From the NCBI RefSeq assembly GCF_009914755.1, contig NC_060928.1: DNA of 64,000 bases; one strand, given 5' to 3'. This document shows positions 37,397-54,000 of the stretch, piece by piece; the stretch's first letter is position 1, and each line of letters begins with the position of its first letter. This DNA comes from the human T2T-CHM13v2.0 reference genome, Homo sapiens. The notes beneath the pieces were generated by a model. It was given only the letters and a program-made list of their open reading frames with translations. It did no database searches and was not told the DNA's origin. The translations under genes and the position numbers were made by a program.

Positions 37397-38355
37397 AGAA
37401 TTAGAATGGCACTAGACTTGTTAATAGCAACACTGGGTTTCAGAGAATAACACAGCAATGCCTTCAAAATTCTAAAAGATACTTTCAACTTCTGTATTGT
37501 CCATTGCATATATTACATGAAAGAGTAGAATAAAGACATTTTCAGACATGCAAAGGCTCAGATAATTTACTTCTGTGGCACCTTTTCCTGCAAACCTATT
37601 GGAAGAGAAAGACATGGGATCTGGAAGTGCTGGCCTGACCTCGGAGAGCTATAAACCAAAGTTATCGGATCTCAGCCTTGCAATAGGTTTATTAACCCAA
37701 ACTGTTCATGCTAGATGGAGAGGGCATAAAGCAGTAGGAACCAGGTCTTCATGAAAAAAGAGGGCTTGATAGAATATTTGATGAAAGGCAGTTAGAGGAT
37801 AAATTAGATGCAGATAACAGAGCTTATGGGATATTTACAAGGCATTCAGTGCGTAGATATAGCCAATTGGGCACTCAGGAAAGAAACTGGGGGCTTGAGG
37901 AGTAGTGATAAAAGGAAAAAAACATATAATATGATTTGACTATGAAGTAAACATGAATAGATTCATATAATATAAACACTAATTACTGATTAAATGAAAA
38001 ACAGTGATATGAATATAGAAAGAGTTGGAGTGTGAGAAAGTAAGGATTTTACACCTATATCTATTATAACAGGAAGTTAAGAGATAATGTTTAAAGTTAT
38101 AAATTATTACATACTTGTATTTATAATATCAGAGAAAATCAGTTAATAGTGTCTGCTTCTGGAGGGCTTTAGCCTTGGGAGAGGTGAGGCAGTGGTTGCT
38201 GACTTTCATCTACACTCTATACACTAATTGATTTTTTAAAAAAATGTATATATTACTTTGATAATAATAAAAAATCAAATTAAGAAAATATGCTTAGATC
38301 AAAATCTTTAATCTTTATGTATCTATTGAATACTTCTTTTCTGCCTAAACAGACT

Positions 38356-39762
38356 CAATCCTAAGCAAAAAGAAGAAAGCCGGAGGCACCTATTACCTGA
38401 CTTCAAACTATACTATAAGGCTACAGTAATGAAAATAGCATGGTACTGATATAACACAAACACACAGAGTGATGGAACAGAATAGAAAACTTAGAAATAG
38501 AACCACACACGTACAACCATTCAATCTTTGACAAAGCCAGCAAAAACAAGCAATGAGGAAAGCACTCCCTATTCAATAAATGGTACTGGGATAACTGGCT
38601 AACCAGATGCAGAAGAATGAAACTAGATCCTTACCTTTTACCATATACAAAAATTGACTGAAGATGAATTGAAGATTTAAATATAAGGCCTCAAGCTATA
38701 GAAATCCTAGAAGAAAACCTAAGAAATACCCTTCTTGAAATTGGCCCTGGCAAGAAATTTTTGGCTAAGTCCTCAAAAGCAATTGTAACAAAAAACAAAA
38801 ATTGACAGATGGGATCTAATTAAACTAAAGAGCTTCTGCACAATAAAAGAAATAATCAGCAGAGTAAAGAGACAACCTACAGAATGAGAGAAAATATTCA
38901 CTAACTATGCATCTGGCAAAGGTCTAATATCCAGAATCTACAAGGAACTTAAATCAACAAGCAAAACCCAAATAATCCCATTAAAAATTGGGCAAAGGAC
39001 ATGAACAGACACTTTTCAAAGAAAGACACAGAAGCAGCCAACAAACATATAAAAAAATGCTCATGATCACTAATCATCAGAGAAATACAAATCAAAACAT
39101 AATGAGATACCAGTCAGAATGGCTATTATTAAAAAGTCAAAAAACAAAGATGCTAGTGAGAGTGTGAAGAAAAGGGAACATTAATACATTGTTGGGAATG
39201 TAAAATAGTTCGGCCACTGTGGAAAGCAGTTTGGAGATTTCTCAAAGAACTTACCACAGAGTGCCATTGGACCCAGCAATCCTATTGCTGGGTATATTCC
39301 CAAAGGAAGGTAGATCATTAGAGCAAAAAATACATGCATTTATATGTTCATCACCACGCTATTCACAATAGCAAAAAGGCAACCTAGGTGCCTGTTAATG
39401 GTGGATTGGATAAGGAAAATGTGATCTATGCAGCCATAAAAAAGAATAAAATCATGTCTTTTGCAGAAACATGGATAGAGATGGAGGCTATAATCCTAAA
39501 CAAATTAACACATAAACAAAAAACCAAAATAGCTCATGTTCTCACTTACAAATGGGAGCTAAACATGGAGCATGCATGGACATAAACATGGGAATAATGG
39601 ACACTGTGAACTGCTGAGGGGGAGGGAGGGAGGGTGCATGGGTTGAAAAACTACCTGAGTACTGTGCTCACTACATAGTACAACACACCTATGTAACAAA
39701 CCTGCACACATGTCTCCTGTAACTAAAATAAAATTTGAAATTAAAATAAATAAATAAAAATA
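38356..39762 (+). mobile_element. Older L1PA/L1PB, ORF2 3' part and 3' UTR
   Basis: caatcctaagcaaaaaga...gacttcaaactatactataaggctacagt...gggatctaattaaactaaagagcttctgcac...A-rich tail. Confidence 0.9.
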
Positions 39763-39764
39763 AA

Positions 39765-39915
39765 CTATATGAGAGGATTGCATAGGTAATATGCAAATAC
39801 TATGCCATTTTATATAAGAAATGTGAGCATCCATGGATTTTTGGATGGGGGAGTGGGAGGGATGCAGTGGAGAGTCTCACAACCAATACCTCATGGATAC
39901 TGAGAGATGACTGTA
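39765..39915. mobile_element. MER2/Tigger terminal fragment
   Basis: atatgcaaatactatgccattttatataag...gagcatccatggatttt...ggatactgagagatgactg|ta. Confidence 0.75.
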
Positions 39916-41204
39916 TTTTTAGTGATTCTAATGCAAACATATTTTGAAGTCTTCTTTCAGCCCAACCTCTCCCCTTGGTCTCCATGACATTATCTTTTTC
40001 TAGATCTTTCTATTCCCTAAATATATTTTGCAGTTCCTATTTATCGGCCGAATCCTGAGGTGGTGATAAGTCACCACTCCTCAATTCTCATTTTACATAT
40101 TCTCCCTAGGTAATTCATTTTACACATTTTCCCTGGATGAATCTCAAATCCATATCTTGAGTGAAGACCCCTACCCTGAGCTACAGATTATTATTTTCAA
40201 TTGCCAAAAGGGTATCTTTACTTTTGTTCTTGTATTGGTCCTTCCACCTCAAAATACCCAGAATAAAAAAATCATAATCTCCATCTGTTCCTCTCCCTTC
40301 CTTTCCTAAGCAGAAAAAGAACCATTCTATCTCTTTTCTTGCTCGATAAATTCAATTGGTGATCAAGTTCCTATGGATTCCATATTTGAATCAATATTTT
40401 AGTATGTATCTTCCTTCTGTCCCCACTGCACCATCCATGTAACAGACTTTTCATTGCTGCAGTCTAGCTCAGCTTGTTGGCCTAAGCTAGTTCTCTCTCT
40501 TGCAGTGCATCCATTATGAGGTGTCTTTAGAAATAAAGATACAAACATTCGTTCAACTGCTTATAGTTGTATGTAGTTCACAGAATAATGTTTAGTTTCC
40601 ACTACGAGACACAGAAAGTCTTTCAAAACTTGCCTGCTGCCTCTTTCATTACCCCAAACTTAGTTGCTTCTTTGGTGTGCTGTACTACTTGCTACTTCCA
40701 AACATACCAAACACTTTCACGTTCCCGTGCCTTTGGCCCCAAATCCTTTTTATTCCCTTTTTCTCAGGGCATCAATAGACTGGGATTCCAATCCCAGCTT
40801 TGCTTTTCATGAATTGTGTATTTTGAAAAAGATAATTAACATCTCAGTCCATTTCCTACGTTGCCTGTAAAATTGCTTTCTCCCAGTCATAATGAGCATT
40901 CAATGGAGAATACACTGAGTTTAGCATTGCTCCTGAAAATAACTGCTTGCCTTGAATATTTATTTATTTTGTAAATGTACATGCATATACTTTTAAGATT
41001 CATTCACATCATAAAATAAGCCCTGCAATCATTCACATCGGCTAGAATCATGTTCTACCATGTACTAGCTTCGGATTCTTGGCCAAACCACTTTACCTCT
41101 CTGAGTTCCCATTTCTTTATTTTATAAATCATGTCTGTCTATTACAAGAATTCAATTAGATAATAAATGTGAAGCAGGAGTTCCATAAATGGCAACTATT
41201 GTGA

Positions 41205-41568
<364 letters not shown>

Positions 41569-41889
41569 TGAGAACAAGGGCTCTTGCATTTGTCTTTGTG
41601 TCCCCAGCTTCATGCTTGATAAATAGCTTTTTGTATATTCATAAACATCAAACAGAAATTAATGCCTATTTTATAATTTGTCATCGAATTTCCACTGAAT
41701 TTTCTTCTATGTGGCTTAATATGAAAACTAAAAATTATTTAATACATTCATATTTAGTAGAATCATGACTGATACTATCTCCCTTTTTCCATTTTATGTT
41801 TTAATTTATTATTATTTTAAAAAATGCATCACTAATTAAAGGTTAAATTGCCCAAGTCTTGGAAATTGAAGAATATAATAGGAAATCTT

Positions 41890-42600
41890 TTCTTTTTCAA
41901 TTTTTAATTTTTGTGGGTACATAGTAGGTATATACATTTATGGGTTACATGAGATATTTTGATACAGGCATGCAATGTGTATCAATTACATCAGGGTAAA
42001 TGGAGTATCCATCACCTCAAGCATTTATCCTTTGTGTTACAAACAATCCAAATCTTTTAGTTATTTTTAATTATAATCTTTTTGTTATTTTTAAACGTAT
42101 AATTAAATTTTTGACTATAGTTACCCTTTTGTACCAGCAAATACTGGGTCTTATTCATTCATTCCAACTATATTTTGTAATCTTTAACCATTCCCACTTG
42201 CCCTCAATCCTCCCTGACCCTTCCCAGCCTCTGGTAACCATCCTTCTACTCCCTATCTGCTTGAGTTCATTTGTTGTAATTTTTAGCTCCCACAAATAAG
42301 TGAGAACATGTGATGTTTGTATTTCACTTAACATAATGACTTCCAGTTCCATCCATGTTGTTGCAAATGACTGGATCTCATTCTTCTTTTTTTTTTTAAT
42401 GGCTAAATAATACTCCATTGTGTATATGTATCCCATTTTCTTTATCCATTCACCTGTTAATGGACACTTAGGTTGCTTCCAAACCTCGGCTATTGTGAAT
42501 ATTACTGCAATAAATTGTCGATATAGTGATTTCTTTTTAGTGGGTATACATCTAGGAGCAGGAATGCTAGATTGTATGGTAGCTCTATTTTTTTGAGGAA
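41890..42600 (-). mobile_element. L1MA 3' end
   Basis: ORF 42155..42436 gives YTMEYY...FATTWMELEVIMLSE, the ORF2 C-terminus. Confidence 0.85.
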
Positions 42601-42897
42601 ATGTTTTATATTTTAAAACAAAGGGCTGGAATTGGGATACTTTCCTCGATCAGACAAAATAGCAATACTTCAAAAGTAAAAAGTTGGAAGCTAAATGAGA
42701 CTGTTTCCAGAACATTCACTAAAGGTGTAGCAGACTAGGGAAAATCCTCCTTTATTTCTTATTGCCTTAAATATCAAGAAAAGCACTAAAGGATAGAAGC
42801 CATGCCACAGCAGGTGTTGTGCGGGGTGGGGGGCGGGGTGTGGGGAGAGCCCAGGGAGGAAGGAGGTTTAAAATAATTCCTTGCCTTGGTGATGCTG

Positions 42898-42936
42898 GAG
42901 AGAGAGAGAGAGAGAGAGAGTGTGTGTGTGTGTGTG
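42898..42936. repeat. (GA)n(GT)n compound microsatellite
   Basis: Direct reading of the sequence. Confidence 0.9.
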
Positions 42937-44282
42937 TTGTTACCTGTGTGTATCTCTCTGTGGCAGTGTGTAGGGGGTTCAACTTTTCTCAGTTCCTGCT
43001 TCTTCAAGCCTAGAGTTAAATTCTTCATGGCAATGGGAGAGAGTCATTTTTAATATTGGGACCAATTTAATATTGTGAACATAGAAACCATGACGCAAAT
43101 AGGAAAAAGTTGAAAGAAATTAGATTTAATTGTTAATTAGGTTCCATTGAGTAAGAAGAACACTGTAACAGAAAGTCCTTAAAATCAGAAAATGCTTAGT
43201 TCTTAGAACATGGCAGACCTTTAATAATTCCTGAATTTGTAATCACTCAATTAGATTGAGATTTATCTGCAGTCATCCGTGGAAGAGGAGAAAAGTTTCA
43301 TGCTTAAACAATTACTATAGAAACAATGTAGCAGGGAATAGGTTTTAATATATCTAAACAATAAGTACCAATAGCTATTATGCTAAAATATTATTTTAAA
43401 ATTTATAATAGTTAATACAGGATAAAGTCTTAAACTTTTAAAATACTTTTGAAGTATATTAAACAAAAAACTAAACATTTAAATTTTTAGCATTGGGAGG
43501 TTTTCCAGAGGGTAATTAATCCAATATAGCCAGTAAGATATTCCAGTTTAATCAGCTCTCATTGCTCAACCACATGCACATATTATAATTTTTTTCATAA
43601 AACATAAAAGTAGTCTGGTGTAGAAGCATACTGACACTCACTGTCTTTGGTATACTGTACCTGTGTTTTCCTTAAACAGGATGTCTGCTCTGCAGCTCTA
43701 CAGTGGAAAGACTGTGACTTAGAAGCAGAATACTTAAGTGCAAGTTCACTTTTGAACCTCAAATTATCCTATGACCCTGAGCAAGCCACTGTATTTCTGT
43801 TGCCTTATCAGCAAATAAGAAAATGCCCACCTTAACATCCTCAGGAGGTGCTTGCGAGGATTAAATAGAATACAGTATGAGCAAGGCCTTTTGGAAAAAC
43901 CGAAAAACACAACATCTATCTAAAGCATACTAAAATGTTCAGTAAGAGAGCTAAGCCTCTCTTGGACCACAGGCTGCCTGACTGCTTCTCCAGAGACAAA
44001 TAAGGTGAACGGTTTCTTATATTTTCTTCCAGAAGCATTCTCAATATGCGGGTGTGCTTTTACTCAAACAGGCATGCTGGATAAGCATGGTAGTGGGTCT
44101 CGTTACTGCCTTCACTTAGTCACATATCCTAGAGCTCCATCCTCATCGGCACATAGAGTTATGTCTCTTTCTTTTGTAAAATCAGCTTCATGGTATTTCA
44201 TAGTATTCTATTCCAGGGTTTTGCTAATTCTTTAAGCAGTCCCCACTCATGGATATTTTAGAATTCTTAACAGTGTTTTGCT

Positions 44283-44582
44283 GGCTGGGCACAGTGGCTC
44301 AAGCCTGTAATCCCAGCACTTTGGGAGGCCAAGGCAGGTGGATCACTAGAGGTCAGGAGATTGAGACCAGCCTGGCCAATATGGTGGAACCCCATCTCTA
44401 CTAAAAATACAAAAATTAACCACGCATGGTGGCAGGTGGCTGTAATCCCAGCCACTTGGAAGGCTGAGGCAGGAGAATTGCTTGAATCCAGGAGACAGAA
44501 GCTGCAGTGAACTGAGATTGTGCCACTACACTCCAGTCTGGGCGACAGAATAAGACTCTGTCTCAGAAAAGGAAAAAAAAAA
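44283..44582 (+). mobile_element. AluS
   Basis: Full dimer with A tail. Confidence 0.93.
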
Positions 44583-45246
44583 GGCTTTTGCTTCCACAAA
44601 TTGTGATCCCATCACTATCTCTCTGTATAAGTCTAGTCTTTGGTAGCACTGATTTTTTTAAACACCAAGAAAACTTAAACACTATTATTATTTCCTTTGT
44701 TGAATTCTGTATAAGGCTGGCATATCTTAGACTCTAGGCACAAAGTTTTAATGTTAAATGTATGCGTTTAATAAGATCATTTCTATTAGAACACAGAACT
44801 GCAACAGGACCTTCAAGACAGCGTTGTACTTTCATATGCAAGAATAAAGAATCAAAAAGCAAGGTATCCCTCAGTCGTCACGTTTTAAAAAAACAATAAC
44901 AACAAACACCTGCAGAGGGCTCTCTAGTTCATTAGACATCTCACAAACATTATCTTTTTAGTGTCCCCCATTTAGTGCTTAATAGCATCACAAATTCATA
45001 AAATCTTAGAACTAGAAGGGACCTTAAAGTTTTGCTATTTTAATCACTTTTTTCCAAATACAAATAATGGCTGAGACTATTTTCAATATCAAAAAGAGTA
45101 GATCAAAGAGAATATCAACAAGTTGGATCAAAGGGATAACACATTTTACAATAAGCTTACGTAACAGGAAGTTATGAACAAAACAGCAATGTTGTCAGTA
45201 AGCAGGCAGAATAAATGGAGCCAATGGATCTGAACCCTGGACCAAC

Positions 45247-45398
45247 CTGTAGGAGCTGGTGAGCTCGTAATCTAGAATCGCTTTTGTTGTTATCACACCA
45301 CTCAGTGCATCAATCTGGAATGCTTCTTCTTGGTTGCCAGACAGAATAGAATACTCAATCAGGCCGTTCAAACCACTGTCCAAGTCGGTAGCAAAAAC
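45247..45398 (-). CDS. DCHS2: DCHS2 internal coding exon (152 nt, phase 0-2)
   Basis: Acceptor cctcacag|GT and donor AG|gttggt. Encodes VFATDLDSGLNGLIEYSILSGN...LDYELTSSY. Confidence 0.95.
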
Positions 45399-45879
45399 CT
45401 GTGAGGAACCGACTGTTTCATTAGATAAGATTTATTCTGCAATATGGGTTCAGTCTGTTTTTCAGAGACATGCATTAAGAAAGAATCACAGCTTGTCAAA
45501 CATATTTTAAAAACAACGATGAAATGAAATACCAACAGACAACTGAAGCTTACATTTAACTTTATGATAAACTGAGTGATGGGGGAAATTCTTCATCCAA
45601 AGAATTTTCAAATAGCTCTCAGTAGACATGGTACATGTTTTTGAGGTATAATTTTGTGCAATGAGAAGAAATATTTTTAAAAACATCTAAGTTGCTTGAA
45701 TAGGAGAGTTCCAATAGTGTATATGAATTCATGCTAGCACAAGTAAAGGGAAAAAATGTTATGGGAAATCTCCACATAGTGATAATTTTTTTTTCATTTG
45801 CTCTGTTTTTCTGCTTAAAGAATTACCTATAAAATTGGCTAGGTGTGAATTTTTTTATATTGTATTTAAAGTTTTATTT

Positions 45880-46163
<284 letters not shown>

Positions 46164-46727
46164 TAAAGTTTCATTTTAAAGGGATCATTAAACAAGTGAA
46201 ACAAAACCTAGATTTAGTGCTAAGAAGTGTAGATCCTAATCATGTATTTGATGAGTTATCAAAGTTGTGTTGAGGATAAAACAGAAGTTTTACATCATTC
46301 TCCATCATTTTGCAATAAACTTTAATCACTAAACCAATTATGTTAGTGGATTTGGTATCTTGATTAAGAACAAGTTGACAAATTAATTAATTACTTTTTA
46401 CTTGTTTATATCTTCTATGCCCCTGAGCCTTAGTCTTAGCTCCTGTCCCCTGTCATCTCTCTCCTGGGCTACTATACTGATGAATGTCCTAGTGGGTTTT
46501 CATTCTAATTTCCTACCATCTCAATTTATCCTTCACTTTGCTGCCAGAGTTCTCAGGGGACCCTGAGTGACCCAGGTGCAGTATCCAGGAGCTCATCAGA
46601 CAGGGGACAGCTCTTGGGACCGAAAGGCTGCAATATGCAGTTTCCTTTGGGATCACCAAGAAAAGAAACCAGTCTGCATCAAAGTCCACTATATCCCTTG
46701 GAGCCATACATTTAAAAGTGCTACAGA

Positions 46728-47202
<475 letters not shown>

Positions 47203-48095
47203 TCACCGAAGATTCAAATTTCAGGGAGAGAAAGTCTGTGTGACTGAGAGAAGCAAGGCAGTTCACCACACCTTTGGCGGGATGGGAGTGGGAGGCAGGT
47301 CAATATCTTGATGACAACACCCCCAGGACTGCATCAACAGAGGGTCAGACCCTCAAAGGAGTTTGTGGGGCTGTAACCAAAGGAGGGCATTGAGCAATGT
47401 GGGGTCAAAAACCAGGAAGCAACCACCACAATTGGTATGAGCTCCAGAGCCTCCTTCATTTCTAATTTTCTGAACAGGACACAGCAGAATGGTAGTGCTA
47501 GCTTCCTGGGAACTCAATGATTGGAAAATGGAAAGAACAAAGTTCATTCTATCTGTCCCTGACTCAGCCTTCTACAAGTCTGCCATAATTTGAAGGGCTG
47601 GTGGGTCAGGCTCTCTCTCATTCAGTGCACCTGGGCTTTATATGGGTCTTTGCCTTCACTTATTTCACACTGAGCAATTTAGCTCCATCCCAGTTAGCAT
47701 TTGGGACAGAGAAGTGAAACGATGCAGGGCCCCAGTGTGGGGATCCTCTTGTGACAAGGTGGCAATGGAGGCATCTGCCATCCCCACTGATCAGCCTCAC
47801 TGGGCAGGGATGATAAAGACTGGAAAAGTGAATGTTCTTTCTTCTGAAACATCTCAGTCATGGCTGAAACCAGGGTAAAGACACAGCACATCTGGAACAG
47901 GCTGGTGACTAGAGCAATCAGGCTGCTATAAAACAAAATACACCTGCAGTCATAGCCTAGGGGATCCCAGATATCCTGGACGGGGTGTAGGGGCACAGAG
48001 CTAAAACTCCAAGGCAGCTGAGACTCTATTGGTCTTGTTTTCACCAACAGCATGGATATGTGCTTCAGAAACTGGAATTGCAGTAAAAGAAAGGC

Positions 48096-48398
<303 letters not shown>

Positions 48399-49202
48399 GG
48401 GGTCTTTTTATATAATGAGGTGAAGGTGTCTGCACAGTAAAGAACTGTTGCAGGTTTTGTCCAGAAAATATGCTAGCATGCCATGTAAACGCCTTACCCC
48501 ACCTAGCCCAGAGAAAAAGGGGTGTAATAAGCATGAAGTGCTGACCACAGCCATGACATTCCAGGGGCCAAAAGGAATGACCCTCCCTGTGGCTAACTTT
48601 GCCTGGAAGTTGGATTTATACTGATTTCCTTTCCAAAGTCACGGGAGGTTAGAGATCTCCTAATGCCCAGCTTCCTGACTACAAAAACTCAATTCAATAG
48701 TGGAGGGAAAGATGAAACAAGCACTTGTCCTGAGGCAGGTGGAGAAAGTATCAAGGATGGGTGGGTTTTACAGCATGAACAAAACTTCCCTGTGAATGGA
48801 TGCTTCTCCAGGACTTGGGGCCTTTTACTGAGATGGGGCTAGTCCTGAAAGCAGATCCGTCCACATGCCTGTTCACCTTGAAGACTTAGTGTAAATATCC
48901 TTATTCTATGAAGTCTTACACTCCTCCTTCAGGAGGAGGCTGTGTCTCCTCTTTTCACTCATTACACTAAATGCATACTTCTATTGTATTAATAAATGCA
49001 TACTTCTAGTGCTCAACAGTACTCCTAGAGAAAGCAGATGTCAGTAATTGAGCACTGAATAAATAAAGAGGAAGAGACAGTGCAAGAATTTCAGATTTTC
49101 TTTAACCTAAGGTTTCATCCCATCTATAAAATGTACATGGCCTGGAAAGAGTGTTGTACTACAGGGATTAGAAATTTTTATGTACATTGACTTGTAATAA
49201 TT

Positions 49203-49226
49203 CTCTCTCTCTCTCTCACACAGACA

Positions 49227-49258
<32 letters not shown>
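49203..49258. repeat. (CT)7 plus (CA)n microsatellite, read as (UG)n in DCHS2 pre-mRNA
   Basis: Pure (CA)14 at 49231-49258, beginning at intron position +17 of the 49275 donor. Confidence 0.92.
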
Positions 49259-49274
49259 AATATATTTCTGTTAC

Positions 49275-49851
<577 letters not shown>

Positions 49852-50829
49852 ATAGTTATTCTTAAAATGACTCAAAGCATCTTTGCCTCATGTGCTCACA
49901 GCTCACCTGTCCCGCAAAAGCCTCCCATTGCCGGGCCTCCTTTCCCCACCGACCCGGGTCATTGTGAAAAGATTTGGGATCTTGCAGATGTTTGCAGGTT
50001 CAAATATGTAGAGAGAAAGAAACTATGAAATACCAAGACCTGGGAGCTATCTCTCTCCATATTTACCCCCTGGCCATGTCTGGAAAGTCTATCTTTCAAA
50101 TTTAGCTTCACTCCAGCCCCATTACTGCTGCCTTCCTTCAAGCCACCAGCACTTCCCACCTTGTCCCCTGCATTAGCCACAAAATTGGTCTCTCCCTAAT
50201 CCAGTTTTCATTCTGAATTTAATAAAAAAAAAGATGCTGTCATTGTTCTGCATGAAACCCTTCCATGATCATAATATGCATCTGCTTCTTGAATGCTTAT
50301 TAAAGAGTCATCACGCATGCGGTTCCATCAGCCTGGAATGGCTCACACAGCGATTCTTCCTCAGGGATTTTTCCAGATCACCATCCCTGTACCATCACCT
50401 CCCCAAAGTCTCTTACAAAGCCTCTGCATTTCCCAGCAGCTGCATCATCGCTTTGTTCACCTTCATCTGTTTTTTGTCCTATTATTCCTCTTGTTTATAA
50501 GCTCCATACACCATCTCTTACGTACCATCATATCTCCAGTGTCTGGCTCAGGGTCTGGCCTCCAGAAGGCACACAGTAATACTTTTATGCCCTCATATAA
50601 AAGGCAGATCCAGGTTAGGGAAGCAGATTTTTGAGGGTGATGCCATACTCTAGTTTCCCCCACCCCCAGCAAATTAAGAAACTTACTCCTTTAACATAAT
50701 TTCCTTGTCTAGATTTTACTGTTTTTTCCTCCACTTTACAATAAAATTTCCGACTCAATGTATTATTTTTATTTACTTGGCTTTCACTGTCAGCAAGTCC
50801 ATCAAATAGAGAGTTTCTGAATGAACACT

Positions 50830-51040
50830 AATTTGGAGTTAGAGAAACCTGAAACCAGGCATAAATCCGAGGCCTAGAAATTTAATTTAGGTCAATTACC
50901 TGGCTCCACCACCTCCTAACTTTGTGACCTGGATAAGTTATGCGGTTGACATAAAGCTGAGTCTCCTTTTCTATATAAAATGGGATGTTAACAATGACTT
51001 CAAAGAGTGGCTGTGAGGAGCAAGTGACATAACGCATATT
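50830..51040 (+). mobile_element. MIR fragment
   Basis: tttgtgacctggataagtta...tataaaatgggatgttaaca...ggctgtgaggag. Confidence 0.65.
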
Positions 51041-54000
51041 TGGAATGTCTCTTTGTAGTAACATGTAGATTCCACGATGTGTTACTCGTGTTTGTCTGCC
51101 CCTCATCATCACATATGGATTTAATATCTCTGTGAACTCTGAATTTAGAAAGAGAACATTTAATAGCCATCAACTACTAGAAGTTCGATCCTCTGGTGAA
51201 AGAATCTGTACTGGAACTATGTTCCGTAACTATGGCCTGGGAGCTGCAGTTTTTATTGCTCTATCTGAATCAGCTTCCCCAGATAACCTAGTCCAAGAAG
51301 CTTTAGGTCATCTGGCACCTACTTGAATTCTAGTGGGAGGCATATCCTGTTCAAATATTCTATCTTTGTTATTGGGTGTTTTGGGGGAGATTTTGTAGCT
51401 TATATTCTGTTAGGAAAAAAAAACAATATATATTAACTCACTATACTACCAAATTTAAAATTTCATAAACTCAGTATCATTTTTTGATATCAAATTTAGT
51501 TATCAATTTAGTACTAGAACCAAATTACTTCACAAACCATAGTCTGTTGTGACCAACACCCCTGGCAGAAAATTTAGAGTAGCTCTAACTTTGGGCAGCT
51601 GGAGAATAATTAAGATGCTTTTTGATATGCTGGTGATGAAACTAGGTGGTCTTCAGAAACCTCCCTGAAACAAAGGCTGATTCCCACACCCCGAAATGTC
51701 ACCAGAGCCCGAGTCTGAGGTGGGTCCACAGCTCTCACCCAGATCTCTTGTCTCCACCAAAAAGAGCACTTGCCTGGCTATCATGTTCTGTTACTGTTTG
51801 TAAAGGAAAAATAGAATAGAAATGCAACACTAAATTGCCCGTGTCACTGAGTAGAAAGTGTGCCAATTATAGTGCAGATCAAAGTTGATTTTTAATAAAA
51901 GGCTTGTGTTTAGGCTTTGATAATTGGAATTTTGCACTTGGAATGGATCGACGGTTCTAATGCTTTCCTTGCATGGTTTTTATTTTTGGGGTAATAACTG
52001 GCATATGCTGTGAAAGTCGTGCAAGTAGAAAAGACAATAACCAGTCTGTGGGATGATTCAAGGCTGCTAGATCCACATTTTTCCTTGGATAATACATGGG
52101 TAGTTTTCACAAAGACATCAAGCGTGTACTGTCATCAGTGAGAGGAAAGTACTACTGGACTCTGTCTAATGGTATACGCAGAAACTAACACCTTCCTTAG
52201 AGTAAGAAGCCTCACAAATACTAACTTCATGTTCTTGCTTATATGTTAATGTGCCAGTTATGGAATAACTTGAGAAAAAAATGGTAGTAACATTTTCTTC
52301 TAAAAAATACATACATTATGTAGCTTTTGACAAAGTTATGAAATACACATCCAAATGAGATTAAGATTCATCAAATGCTACATGCTTGATAACATAATCA
52401 GGTTACTTCCATCAATTATATACTGTGTACATGCATTTGTACAAACCAAAGCAGAATGTGATAAATATTTATGTTATTCAGTAGCTTTCAAACCGTCTCC
52501 TACTTAAACAATGTCTTTGAAACATTGAAAGTTTGATCAGTTTTGTTTTGCGCCACTCTAATAAATACTAAAATGAATGCTGCCATCTGTTATTTACATA
52601 CAAAACCTTAGTCAAGCTCTAAAATTGCTGCTGATTTAGACAGTGAGAAATACATGTTTTTACACTAAAGTGGCATGAAGTTTAAATACAGAGTCAACTT
52701 GGTTTGTGACGATGGAACAGAGGGTAAACTGGCACAAATTGACAGAAAACAGAGTTCTCATCAGAGATCTGTCTAATGACAACTTATTAAACTAATTACT
52801 AATAAAATGGTTTTCTCACACTTTTATTCTTAAGTTACTATAATCTTAGAGATAAATATTACTGATTTATTATACATATCAGTCTCACATTTTAAGTGGT
52901 GTATGTTTAAAATACATACATTCAGAAAACCTATACAATTAGATACAATTTTAATGATAATTTGTCAAAGGTAGCATAAAAGATGCATTTAATATCATAA
53001 TTAAAGTTTTAAAAAAGCTTTCTTGACAGCAGTATGTTAAACTATATACTTGACCAATCTTCATGATAAAAACAACTAAAATGCATGATAAATTATATAT
53101 ATAATACATATATATGCATAGACATATATGTGTATGTATTACAATGCATTATTGAGTTGGTACAGTTGTAAGAATTCTACAGAGGACAAAACAGAAATGA
53201 AGACAGAAATCCTGAGAGGTTAGTAAGTACTAACAGCTCATTTTTGTTCCAAAGATTTCTACCACAACCTTTTATCTTACTATTCATTTCTGATAGTTGC
53301 ATGGAGTGTGGAAAATAAGGTGAGAACCCACAAAAGGTGAAGGGGCTAATAGGAAAAACTAGCATAAAGCTGGAAACCTAAAGGCTGCATATATTCCAAA
53401 TCAGTGGCCATTATTGAAAAAAAAAAAAAAAAGAAAACTGAAACTGAAGCAGAATTAGCAATGTGGACATAACTGAAATTTGCTGAAGTGTTTCAAATTG
53501 TGTAGATATTAAAGAACAAACTCATGAATACAATCCACAGATGGAATGCAGCATCAAAGTCACCCATATGATCACAGAAGGATTACAATCTGCAGCAATG
53601 GTGATGAGTTAGAAAGAAAGAGACTACAACTTCTAATTACAATGTTCTTCCAAAAGGTTTTGGCCAAAAAACCACCAGAAGCTTGACTTTTTTTTTTAAC
53701 CTTGGTGTTGATTGAAAGGGAGAAAAAAAATCTTCCGTATTAGTTTAAGCCTGAATTTATGGTAGCTATACTATCATAGTTATACATATTTAAAACTCTT
53801 AGGAATTAAACTTAAACTGGCTTCTCCCTGATGATTCTCCAGGTGAATTGCAGAAAAGGAAGCAAATCCTCTTTTAAGGGCATAAATTCAACTGAGGCTT
53901 CAGAGAATCGTCAAAGAGCTTTCAAGGATAATGAGTAGCTCATAGTCTACAAGCACTAAAGTCATAGAGAAGCAAGGCACCATAAATGACAGCAAGCAAA

